Assembly (NCBI RefSeq): GCF_000150275.1 | Contig: NW_002060944.1 | Coordinates: forward strand, 7,516,735-7,580,734 | Origin: Trichoplax adhaerens | Lineage: Eukaryota > Animalia > Placozoa | Direction: 5' to 3' | Length of the DNA stretch: 64,000 nucleotides | In this document: in pieces, positions 26,626 to 38,600 of the stretch | How positions within the stretch are numbered: the first letter of the stretch is position 1 | Layout: each line of letters opens with the position of its first letter | Notes under the pieces: generated by a model | What the model was told of the DNA's origin: nothing | Database searches by the model: none | The model's input: the letters and a program-made list of their open reading frames with translations, nothing else | Program-made: the position numbers and the translations under genes

Positions 26626-27748
26626 TCAGCCCCATGCTGGAGTCTTACAATAATATAATACTAGTTTACCATCAGCAGCAAAGCACTGTAACAGATAGGT
26701 AGGTTGAATGGTAAGTTACATCAATATTATAAATACAGAAATTATTGTGACGAACAAAAGTAACAGAAATGACTGTAGAGCAGTATGAAAAGAACTAACT
26801 TAACTTCATCATTTAAGGATTACAATTTTACAACAATTATGAAAGCATTTCTAGCTATAGAAGCACAACGAAGAGAGTATTCACATGATATACAAATATT
26901 CAACATCTGTTTACCTGATAGAGATTTCGTATACTTTGATCAGCAGAAGGTACAAAGGCTTGATTCACGTAAATAAACTACATGAAGCAATAAATCAAAG
27001 AAAATAAATTTACGTGAACTGCAGGCATACACCATAAATTAATTGTCGTAAATCGCTGATTGCATTTCGCTACATACGCGTATATAGTTGCACGGTTAAT
27101 TATACAATGGTTGCATAATCGTAAAAGACTCTGATCACTGTAATCATTTTAAAAATTTTGCATATTATCATCCAAATAGTGATACTATCAAAAATAGCAA
27201 AATATATATTGTTATATTATATATACTGTACTACTATCCTATCACAGATTGCATAATTTATACTGAAATTGGCGATGACATATTGGTAAATATGAAATGA
27301 CACAGTGGCGAATCAATCAGTAATTTTCTCTCGGTGCTATAAGTTTACTACAAAGCACATTGTCTATCATTTAAGGATTGCAGCTCGATATCTGGATAGA
27401 TTAAATCATCTATGGTAACTAACCAATGATTCTGACGGCTGGCATTTCAGGTACCTTCGCAAGAAATCTATTACCCATACCACTTTCTTGTCCGGGTCTA
27501 CAGACCATTTCTTTTTCTTTAGTATGGGTGCATCACCAGCACTTTTTAATAATAGATCAACTGGACACATCAACGGTAAAACAATTCTTATTAGTAATCG
27601 GGTCATATACAGCATATTCCACTGAATTTTTGCTTCATTTTATGTTTCATAAAACAGAATAGATAGAACTGATTTTACCTTTCTTTTTTTCTCCTGTTAC
27701 ACTAGTAGTTGATTCGACAGGAACTGCTGTTTCTTCATTGTCAGCCAT
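26626..27748 (-). CDS. ATG12: Ubiquitin-like autophagy protein ATG12, 4 exons
   Basis: Exons 27679-27748, 27424-27560, 26915-26977, 26626-26685 translate to MADNEETAVP...VDLLLKSAGDAPILKKKKWSVD...[42 protein letters not shown]. The C-terminal AWG carries the conjugating glycine. Confidence 0.96.
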
Positions 27749-27783
27749 TACTGCTCCAAATCTCTCAGCTGCTCAACACTAGT

Positions 27784-28100
27784 TACAGTGTACTTTGAAG
27801 TACAGTATAGTTTACAGTACAGTATACTGTAAAGTGCCATGGACTACTGTACTGTACTAGAAAAAATTCTGGTACTTGTACTATACAGTACGTAGTACGT
27901 ACAGTATAGTACGAGTACTAGAATTTTTACGTACCATACTGGAGGGCCTTCTGGACAGTACTGTACAGTCTACTGTACAGTACAGTCCGTTTCCTACAAT
28001 GTACAGTACAGTACTGTACTGTACCGTACAGTGTACAGTGACTGTACTGCAATACTATACTGTACGGACGGACACTTTGTACACCATATTGCAGTATTCA
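27784..28100. repeat. TACAGTA/TACTGTA cluster (ATG12 upstream)
   Basis: e.g. TGTACAGTACAGTACTGTACTGTACCGTACAGTGTACAGTG. Confidence 0.9.
27862..27928. repeat. 67 bp near-perfect palindrome in the ATG12 promoter
   Basis: 33 bp arms with 3 mismatches around a single G at 27895: AAAAATTCTGGTACTTGTACTATACAGTACGTA-G-TACGTACAGTATAGTACGAGTACTAGAATTTTT. Confidence 0.9.
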
Positions 28101-31100
28101 GGCATCACTATCATGGACATCTAGTGCATCTATTGCAGTAAATAATTTGATGACTGGCGTTGCTTTATCATAAACTGCTATATACATGTGCTGAAAGAAC
28201 CCGAATTTTTATAAATAAAATTTTATAAAAATTTTTCCGGGAACTTTCTGAACAGTGGCAGTGATTGCATATCTCATGTGTTCTTACTTCCACGCTATCC
28301 CTATTTTCATTGAAATCTATTGTCAATGTAAAGCGAAATTGACGTTTGAGCATATATTAATCATCAAATTTGTATTAATCGTTAAAGTAATTTTACTTAA
28401 CTTGCAGAATTCCAATTGAGCATAACAAGACTTTCGGGATATACTGATTAGTACCGGTTCCGGTACAAGTAAATTTTTTTATACTCGATATACTTCGCGT
28501 ACTTGTTTCCTAAATAGAATATTTCAGTTCAATAGTATGAAGCTTTACATAGAGCTAAACAGAGTTTTAATAAATTATAAGACGAGCCTGGTATCTAACA
28601 ATATCTTATGAAATTCGAAATTCAAGTATCCAATTAAAATAGGAATAAATCCACTTTACAGTATGTCCTAAATTTTGTAGTCAATTTCGCAATGGTTACA
28701 TGTACCATTGCAAGTTGCGGTTAAGCGGCTCTAAACCATCGTAGATCATATGTCGTAAACTCGTAGATACCAGCAATATCGCTACTGTAGAGTTTGTGTA
28801 TATATCCTGTTTCATGCCAAGGATTAATTAGAGCTGTTGCTATGCTGTAAATATGCTTGCGTGGATATGAGATATAACGCATTATTTAACGTATTTTGCT
28901 TTATCTTAGCTGCTGTACAGATTAATAGCGCAGTATTACTATCAGCGAAGCGGCAAGATGCGCTTAGATTTTAGATCTATATATAATCATACACTGTGTA
29001 ATATATAGCGCCGTAATTATTGTTTGCACTATGGCAGCATCGTGTGATCTAGCTGCTGAGATAAACGATCTAGTTCTATTTCTTCATTTATCTATTGCTA
29101 TTCTCTATGGTTGCAAGATTCGATTTCTCCTATTGCTACGAATTAAATTTGTGTTTTGCATCCTAGTCAATCCTTTAGAAGTTTCTCAGGCTCTTCAGAT
29201 ATTTCTGTATCTCATTTCTCCTATTTTTGTTGTCACTAATTAGTGCACAAGAACCTAAACTGTTAACCAAATAATAATTGTACCATTATCATCATGTATA
29301 CCTCAAGTCTACCGAGTAATAAAGTATTGCACTCTTTCTATAGAGCTTAGCATTCAGTAATATCCAATTTTGTCTAGTAAAAACGCGCACTGTATATAAA
29401 GAATAACTATCCAAGAGACACGATAATAATTGGTTGGCGATGAGAGCTTTTAAGAGCAAATATGCCATAAAATGATAAGTATTTACCGACCAAATACAGT
29501 ACTGTCGTAGTTGCACTGTTACTGATAGTAGGGTACAGACATAAATTATAATATGATTGATATTATAATTAGATTTTTGTGGTAGGAACAAAAAGAAACT
29601 AACAAGTACCACAGCGTATTATTTTATATTTTACATCTGATTACGCATTGTCTGCTACGTTACTTTATGAACAAGAGATTAATACAGATACGATTTATAT
29701 TTCACTGCTTATCAAGACAGCAAATTATTATTCAGGCCACGGAATATTTGTTCTAATCACTATTAATAACTATGAATATGTTGTACTGACGATAGATTTA
29801 GGTAAAGAACAGTATATATCAATACATAAATTAAAAGCAAATGATATACGTGGATTGTACGTTTTAATTATATATGCTGAGATCCGTAAATTTTATTTAT
29901 ACTGTAACAGCGTACAGTATATTACTATAGATAATAGTATATCATTATTACGTGTACATTTTTATAATAATATAGTTATCATCATGCATTTTTTTATAAA
30001 ATACCGAAATATATGCTACTGTGGTGGTTCTTGTGAAGAATACCTTCCAGTTTCCTAGTGATTCTTTCTTTAATGTTAACTTTGTATGATAAGAGTATCC
30101 TTTACGTTATACCTATGCAACACTGGTCCAAACTCTACTTCATGTTTCTTTATTGTGAACATACAGCTAAGGTGTCTTATCTAAGTTAGTTAAGAAAGTA
30201 CAGTGATACATTCACTGTCCCTTTTGCCTTTCTCTTCAATTGTTATGACCAGTTACTTGCAGTACTAATCTACTGTTGGTGCTAGAGAATTGCTGAGGTA
30301 CTGTAGTTATAAATCATGTCTAAGAATGCTGTTTAATTGACCTTATGTGTTTAATATCGCAATCAAAATTAAAGTCTCGCATATGCTTTCAATTTACAGT
30401 GACTGAAATAAGGACAAAGCTACTATACTAAATGTACATTGCACTCGTGTAGCAAATTTTCTTACCCAATGATAGCTCAATCGGATTGCTCTCAGGTCTC
30501 TTTTTGATCCGTTAATAATTTAATACTTGGTATATCTTTGAATTGTTGTATTATCTATTAATATATATAAGATTAATTACTGTTTAAGTAATTTTATTGA
30601 GCGTTGATACATGCATGTAACGATGGACATGTATGATTCGCTATATTGATTAATATGAGATTAATTGCTACTTAAATAATTTTATCGAACGCTCATATAC
30701 TCGTATATGACGGTGGAATTCACTGTGATACTTGTCGGTACCAAGGTTGCATGAATAATAATTATAATGTTTGAGAGCATTAACTGTAAGTATTCTATTT
30801 TTTAAAATTATTTATGACCGAAATAAATGGGTATTTGAAATAGGAGTTTTATTTAAAAATTTGTATAATATATAATGTAGAATCAGTAAGTAAGATTCTT
30901 CTTTCTCAGCACAGTGCGTATACGCGTATACGTGCTTTAGTTATTTACTGACACCTATACATTCGTAGGAGGTCGCTTACAAAAATGGGCCATATTTGAA
31001 TTTCTATTAAGTAGGATGGACTATTTTAGCAATGTAAATTAATGTAATTACTGAAGGTCTTTCTTTCTATAGTAGGTTCTTTACATCCGTAGACGTGATA

Positions 31101-31102
31101 AT

Positions 31103-31189
31103 TTCTCGGAAGCTTTTAATGCTATTCAAGAGAAGGCGTTCTGTATTCTTTATTAAAAGTATCAAGACGGACAATGAGAATTCCAAGAA
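31103..31189. promoter_or_regulatory. Candidate distal STAT-site cluster
   Basis: TTCTCGGAA (31103-31111), the N4 site TTCAAGAGAA (31125-31134) and TTCCAAGAA (31181-31189). Confidence 0.45.
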
Positions 31190-32992
31190 ATGATAACGAA
31201 TTCCTGATTATGATAGAGAAATTAAGTGCTAATAATTCTAATTAAACATTTTATATGCTACATTCTATATGTCGAATTATGGGGAATTTTGGATAATGAA
31301 GAGCATTTGATTTCCCGAATGAATGATCAATCTAATTCTTTATAAGTAGTAATAATACGAGTTTTGTTATAGAGTAAAGAGTAAAGACTTTAAATTCGTT
31401 ACTTGTAGTTAATAAAGATTCTGTGTCTAAGCAATCGGTTATTACTGTATTCAGGCGAAAATACTGGAAATTCAAGTAATACAGTCTGTAAATATGCGAA
31501 AGTCATGCAATATGCAAATTCAAATACAGTTTACTATACTGTAGGAAAAGCAGCTTGTTCTATACTCATGCAATCATGCTGCATACTGCTACTTGACCTT
31601 CATATGTTAGTCAGTAAATGATAATGATGATTTACTGTTAACTGTAAATTAACGCTAGGTATTCATTACGCAATCGTTGTGCCGTATAAAACGTGTACAC
31701 TATACTGCATAGCGAAGAGGTACTGTGGCGTAAAAGTGAAAAGCTTTCAAATTATTGTGCTTCTATTGTAGTAAATGATTTCATCCTGTACTGCCATACT
31801 CATATGGGATAAAGTTTTAGAATTTCCGTCGAGATTGTTGAATAAGAGAAGAAGAGAATTATTAGCCCCCCAAAGTTTCACTGACAGTTTACATTGTACT
31901 GTACTGTTGCATGCTGCCATTGCTGCTGTTGAATTTCGTATTCTCTAACATCTAAAACTGACTCGTTGCTACTGGAGCTAAGAGGAAATCACGTTTTTCT
32001 CCTACTTATCTAAATAGAGCTGTTCCATGCAAACTCGCACAGTAGTCTGACTTTATGCACGTTGATGCTCGATACTGAGATACCGACAGTTGATTTTGAA
32101 GCATCTGGCTCTGACATTTGAGAATTGTATCGCTTCTGGTAAGAATAGCAATACCACAGTATTGACTCTCTTACTGTTCTAAAAGCAATTGTCTATGAGC
32201 ACTTTCATTAATCGTGCAGCTATTCATGTTGATAGTTTCCTAGGCTGTTTATCACGACACTGTACATAGGGAATGTGTGGACTGTACAGTATAATAAATG
32301 CAGCAGGTAGTACAAGAGGGGAACGAAATACTGTGCTATTGATTAGTCCCGGACTACAGTATTATACATACATTAGGTAAAACAGCCATTCATCCATTAC
32401 ATTTACATTTATTTGGTTATGACTAAAAACCTCCATTGTAATAACAATAATGCAGATGTTAAAGAAGAAAGTCCTATCCTTGGAAAGAGCATATTCCATT
32501 GCATATGGTAATATCAATAAGGTCATAGTTTGGTAGGGTTGCAGCACTATTTCAGGCATTGTCCAACTTTAAGGTTTGTCGAAAGCATTACGCAACAAGC
32601 ATTTTCCGCAGTTACTCGTACAGTCATTCATGGACTATGTCCACTGTAGAGTACTGAAATGAGTATGATGGTCTAGTAAAATTAGTATTTTAGTAATTTA
32701 TGGTAATCATCGAGACATGAAGCAATGTGTATTGAATGATGCTCAATGTTTAATAGTGCTGGTACTATACAGTGTTTATTTTTCTTTTCAGACTGAGAAA
32801 AAGGGGAAAAATATTACTGATACTAAGGTAAAATTACTATACTTTCTTTCTACTTGATATCACGATGCAGCTGTTTGCCATGCAAAAATTGGAACGAAAA
32901 TAAACACATCGTTCATTTAGTACTACAGTCCATGCCATCAACATGTACCGCCATGGACTATTCAATTGGCGGGATGCTAAAATGGACCTTTA

Positions 32993-33365
32993 ACAGTACA
33001 GTACTGAATGGCGGGGGAGCAGGACTTGTATGAAGAGAATTTCTTCCAAGTTGTTGAGTGACAGCTCATTGTGTAAGTTAACAAGTGTACACTGTACACT
33101 ATGTACAGTGTTGTCTTTGTTGGTCAGTCAAAAGGGGAGGGATTTCAGTACAGTACTGTACAGTACCAGTACTGTACTGTACCAGTAACGGAGACTTCGA
33201 AGAAGTCCATGGGAAGAAAGAGCGTTTTTGACGTACAGTACTGTACTGTACAGTAAAGATCACGGACAGTACCTTGGCGAAGGGAGTTGACGGTGAAGAA
33301 ACCACTCCAACGCAATGAGTATTTGCTTGCCACGCAAGTTTCCTGTACACTGTACTGTAGACTGG
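32993..33365. repeat. TACAGTA/TACTGTA cluster (~1-2 kb upstream of SOCS)
   Basis: e.g. CAGTACAGTACTGTACAGTACCAGTACTGTACTGTA and GTACAGTACTGTACTGTACAGTA. Confidence 0.9.
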
Positions 33366-33695
33366 CACTATATTATTGGAAAAGCTGAATGAAATCATTC
33401 ATACAGTAGGTGTAAGTTGATCAGCAAGGGGGAAAAGATATAAATAAATAACTACGTAAACAATCTAGTGCAAGTAATTACGGTAATCTACAATACTTTG
33501 TTTTTCCAGTTGCTAGTATACAAACTCACTGGTCCCTGGTGATTACCCCTAGTGGCGTCTTTTAAGTGCTAGTAGTCCTACAGTATACCAGTACCATGGA
33601 CTAAAGTACTGTACAGCACTGTACTCAAAATAGAAATTTTTCAATCAATAATAATAATAATACTTTCTACTCGTTGATGACAAGTGCAGTATGTC

Positions 33696-34106
33696 GTCTC
33701 CAGTGTAACTTGAATTGATGAAAAAACGACTGGTTCTATCGAGGAACGTGACCACGTCCAGTTAGACCTGCGGTCCAGTCGATTCCTGTAGACTGTCCAC
33801 TCATAGTAATGAGCATGGAGCTTTTTACTGCCTGTTTAATGTTCCAACCACTCTCATATAGTAGAGTAGACAGTAGGAAAAAGAGGAGAAACTCATTTCA
33901 GTCTCAGTGTACAGTAACTTGAATTGATGAAAAACGACTCGATTCCTGTAGACTGTCTACTCATAGTAATGAGCAATGGAAAGGAATGACTTGACATGGA
34001 GTTTTTTACTGCCTGTTCAATGTTCCAACCACTCTCATATAGTACAGTACAGTAGAGTAGACAGTAGGAAAAGACGAGAAACTCTTTTCAGTCTCAGTGT
34101 ACAGTA
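33696..34106. repeat. Imperfect ~200 bp tandem duplication upstream of SOCS
   Basis: Two copies of AACTTGAATTGATGAAAAA...GATTCCTGTAGACTGTC...TCATAGTAATGAGCA...TGTTCCAACCACTCTCATATAGTA...GAGAAACTC...TTTCAGTCTCAGTGTACAGTA, differing by indels. Confidence 0.93.
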
Positions 34107-34172
34107 CAATGCACTCTGGCCTAGCCAGCAGGTTGGGTCACGTGATCCCCCTGTCATGTGAGTCAAATGTTT

Positions 34173-34417
34173 TTCTTTGAATAATTCCAATTTCTTGATT
34201 AATTTAAGCGGCGGCTCCTTTGAGCTCCTTTGGGCTCCTTTGAGATACTGTGTTAAGGCGTTTGGACTGTTAAGAGGTAGCTTGAATAAATAAGCTATTG
34301 TCTACTTTCATCACAAAGACAATAGAACAATCTTTCGATAACATTATTATTCCGCGAATAGGAAATGCGTTTCCAAGAAATTTTAAATATGGGCCGGTGC
34401 ATCCTGTTGTATATAAG
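34173..34417 (+). promoter_or_regulatory. SOCS proximal promoter with three STAT (GAS) sites and a TATA box
   Basis: TTCTTTGAA (34173-34181), TTCCGCGAA (34350-34358), TTCCAAGAA (34371-34379) and TATATAAG (34410-34417). A possible 5'UTR splice donor AAG|GTAATC lies at ~34477. Confidence 0.65.
34214..34243. repeat. Three tandem 10-mers GCTCCTTTG(A/G)
   Basis: GCTCCTTTGA GCTCCTTTGG GCTCCTTTGA, read directly. Confidence 0.9.
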
Positions 34418-35033
34418 CTGGTGGAATTTGAAAGTAATTTTATTCTACTCCATGAAAAAATAAAAAGCCGTACAAGGTAATCTCGTCTCGACGACCAAGA
34501 TAGCTGCAAAAAAGTGTCTCGTCGGCGCTTTTTGAATGTCTGCAGTCGTTTTGCCTTGTGGGCTGCATCACTCTAGCGTTTTATCCTAGACTCAACATTG
34601 ATTTGCAGTAAGAAGAACGAGAAGACAGACGATCCACTACTTTCATTGATTGATGATCATCACGCCTTGGAATTCAATCCTATTCTACTGATGGAAATTG
34701 ATTGAAAAAATTGATTTACGGACTGTAGGATTCTTCTCTATTTCCATTTCAATCGTCGTCGTCAGTTTTTCAATCTTGATCAAGACAACACTTCAATAGG
34801 ATTAAGCCTATTGCAACCATCGCCTTATACATAGCAACTGCATCATTTTGGGGGCCATAGTAAATCAATCATTATCATCGTCTATCCCCAAATTGCTCTT
34901 GCGTCGATCTCTATCAACTGATTAACTCATCCACTACAGTCAATTCTGTCGCCTTACCGAATCATCATCGTATTACCCTACGTCCAACTCGCAAGACCTG
35001 CATTCATTATATTACTCAACCAAATCTTGAGTC

Positions 35034-35615
35034 ATGATTGGCCAACATTCTCATAACGTATTGGACCATGGGTTGGATCAACAAGCTATCATTAGTATTA
35101 CCAAAGTGTTGTACATGTTGAAGGAAAGTTGTTGGTATTGGGGCAGTCGATTGACTAGCGATGAAGCTAAAAGGATGCTCAAAGCAGCACCTAGTGGCAC
35201 ATTCCTCTTACGGGATAGTAGTAATGAGCGCTACTTATTTGCGCTCACGGTCAAGACCGATGGCGGTGTTACCAATTTACGCCTCAATTATTGTAAAGGT
35301 AGATTTCAATTAGAATCCAACGACGATATCGTCTCTCCAAAATTGCCATCTTTCGATTGCGTTGTTCAATTGGTCAATCACTATACCCAATCCAAAAGGC
35401 GTATATTATATTGCTCAAAGTCATCCAAGACGTCGAATAAACGAAAAGCCATGCTAAAAGTTGAACTGGCTCAACCCTTTTATAACAATGTCCCTAGTCT
35501 ACAACATTTATGCCGTAGGGCAGTTCATAGTCAAATGAATTCTGATACCCTTCGTCAGTTACCTATGGCAAATACCCTGATGCAATACATTATGAAATAT
35601 CCTCATTCCATTTAA
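35034..35615 (+). CDS. SOCS2: Suppressor of cytokine signalling, short type (SOCS1/2/3/CIS clade), intronless CDS
   Basis: 193 aa ORF with an in-frame stop just upstream of the ATG. Short N-terminus, SH2 domain (WYWG...GTFLLRDSS...FALTVKT...TNLRL...FDCVVQLVNHY) and C-terminal SOCS box (VPSLQHLCRRAV...LPMANTLMQYIMKYP). The sequence looks most like SOCS2/CIS, whereas synteny points to the SOCS1 position. Confidence 0.9.
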   Translation: MIGQHSHNVLDHGLDQQAIISITKVLYMLKESCWYWGSRLTSDEAKRMLKAAPSGTFLLRDSSNERYLFALTVKTDGGVTNLRLNYCKGRFQLESNDDIVSPKLPSFDCVVQLVNHYTQSKRRILYCSKSSKTSNKRKAMLKVELAQPFYNNVPSLQHLCRRAVHSQMNSDTLRQLPMANTLMQYIMKYPHSI

Positions 35616-38600
35616 ATGGTAGTAGCACACGCTCAACTTGCATCACTCCAAACGCTATCAAGTGAATAGATTGATAGCCTAAAAGTATAAAGTTGCTTGA
35701 TCCACATCAAACCGAGCATCAATCTGCCTCTTACTGCTTATATTGTCTATAAATGTACTTTCAAACATGCTAGAGGAAAAGTTTATTTCAAATCAGCGTG
35801 TATCACCGATCGTCAATGACTAAAATTAGACAACTATGATGTAGCTAAGGTGATGGCAGTTTTTTCTCCATATAAAAATAATATTAAGGTAATGATCCAG
35901 CATAGCTAATCAGGTTAGTTATATCTTGGATCGACTTCTTTCGTTCTTTGGAAATACTAGATCGGAAGTGGGTACGGCTTTCAAGCAAGACAATATGCCA
36001 TTTATGGCGTTCTTTAAGACGTGCACAATCAGTATACTGCACAGTATTACACAATGTGCAGTCAATTTGTAGTTCAATTACGACTTTATAATTTTCAACT
36101 AGACACTATAGTATGTTAGTGATTGTTGTTATTTGATAATTATTAAATCCATCAAATGGTTATGGTAATTATACGAGTTATAATGATTGAAAAACTTGAT
36201 TGTTTCTTCCATTACTCATATTCTCTTTGACCTTAGGAAATCGTCTAGTAAATGGTGATTGCTAATTACGTATTATATTATTACCATGTCTATGATACGG
36301 GACAGTAACATTAACTGTTTGTCATTATTTGGATGAGTTTGTTTTAATGTCTGCTTTCAAGTCACAGTGTGATCTCTGTACATGAATCAAGTATCCAAGT
36401 TCTAAAGCAACTCTTCAATGACTGCTATTCTTAGTAGTAAAGAAAATTTCAAACTAACTTGTACATTCTGATTCGCAAGGGTAGTACCCTATACATCTGT
36501 GATTGAAACTGTCAACGACTGACCAACACCAATGTTCTAAATCTTGATAACTAAGTTTTATTAGCAAATTATCTCAATTTATATCAACCAAGTTGTAGGA
36601 AGTTTTGTATATTTTGAAAATAATTATACTGTACACAATTGCAAATGTGTATATCAATAGAACACTACAATTTTTTTGTTCAATTTTATCCAAGATTGTC
36701 TCAACTTATTACGTGACAATGCCAAAATTTTTCAATTTTTATTTTTAGCATCGTTTATAAACTTCTGCTACATTGATGGCTCATCTTTCATCACTATTCA
36801 ATCCATAATCATGATTACAGTGTATATAGATAACAAAGTCATCCATTTCTATCAATGAATATAGTGACGTACACCAGCCACAGAATTTATCCCCTATAAA
36901 ATAGGCTATGGCGTCTTGATCCACTATACATATCTTTACATATCTAATATGTGTTAGGGGCTGTCATGCCACCATAATTTGTACAATTATTTCTAAACTG
37001 ATTTTTATCCATGAAATTCTTATACTGGAGTGTTTGATATTGCTTTTTAAATCTAAATCCATCGTCTTATTTATTACTATATTTATATAATGCAATACCT
37101 TCTTACTAATGGATTAACTCAATATAATCGTGTTTCCATGATTTTGATACCATCAAATCAAATAAAATACTCTGACTTCGATATTATATCTGCTTGGTCT
37201 ACATTACAGTATATATTTATTCATATTTAGAAATTGCCTGTCCACTAAAACAGAGTTGTGCTAGGTTTTGCTAATGTAAAAATACCAAGTAATCCGACTA
37301 ATTTTTAACACGCGAGTTTGCTTACAAATAGAAAGACGATACTTGCACTAATGTTGAAACATGCCGTAATACACGTTATGTAATGCATGATGGTAACATG
37401 CAGTTTATCACATCAAGCAGTATAGTTAGCAAAAAATTTCTTAATAGTATAATCTAACTACGATAGCATTACCAATATTTTTTTTACCTTTGGATGGATC
37501 ATATCTTACTGCTGGATATTAGGATGTATTTGTACAGCAAGCTACAAATACGTGACGCTAATTCAATCCATATGCAAAATAAAGCATACAGGCATGTATA
37601 TGAAACAATTTAGTGCAGGGTCACAATATCGTTTTTGATTCCAGCTAGCATCCTCGTTTATTCCTGACATTACTTAATCATTTACTAGTTGCTTAAAATT
37701 ACCCTAGGTAGTAAAACTAGAATCTCCGTATCTCAACACCATTTTATTTATTACGTCAACAAGAGCTATAATAATTATTATAGCTAAGTGTTTCTACTAC
37801 TCACTCTATCGTCAACTACATGAGGACAATTACCACTTTTGTATAATAATATAAGGTTCAGCGCACAGCACAGCTTTAATGGTCTTCATTTCATTCATTC
37901 TTTCGGTTTGGATGGTGTTTTGTGTTTTGATCATTTTTTACTATTTTATTTATTCTATTATTTCATTAGAGACATAGTAGTTATCCAATCCGAATAATAC
38001 GTTATCTCACTTCAGTTCTCTCGTAATATGATACATTGATTCAATCATACTCGTTAGCAAATTTGCTCTATCTTGTATAATTTAATATCAATGCACACAG
38101 TAGTTATGCAAGACATCTGCTGTAATGCATCTTTTTATAGCTACCCAGTTAAATATTGGTATCAAGAAGCTGAAATTGTAATTTTACTCTGTCAACCCAC
38201 TATTCTACGAAGTGTGCATCACATACGCGTATTAAATCTAGCTATATAGCTGGAATAGCTCAGTTTAATCGGCTTATTTTCAATTCACCATAGTTTAAAC
38301 CAAGGATTCACTAATCATGATAAATGGTTTCCATCATTTGCTCGTAATCAATATTAAGGAATTTTGAATGGTACATTTATTTCGCTAGAGTCAGATCTGT
38401 TGTTAAACATTTTACTGCCCTATTACGACTCTCCGTTAAACATAAACACCCATATTGGTAATAAAATAACTTGCTTCTCTTCGTGTTCATTCTTCATGAT
38501 ATGCCAATAAGATTACTGTACAATCTATTGAAGCTTCTTGTGCTGATGCCATGTGTTGATAAGAGACTTTTACAGCTACGATTTATTATTATCTCAATAA

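Noticed and set aside
29031-30058. ORFs of 70-136 aa in the ATG12-SOCS interval
   Set aside because: Ile/Tyr/Leu-rich translations typical of AT-rich non-coding DNA, with no motifs or consistent splice partners.
30917-30932. 16 bp perfect palindrome CGTATACGCGTATACG
   Set aside because: Isolated and explicable as a short duplication; no other support.
32792-32827. Exon-like AG...GT segments (also ~28408-28468, ~38992-39060) suggesting a lncRNA
   Set aside because: Such splice-like matches are common by chance and cannot be supported without transcripts.
33696-34106. CRISPR-like repeat-spacer interpretation of the repeats and arrays
   Set aside because: Eukaryotic context, no constant repeat with unique spacers, and no cas genes.
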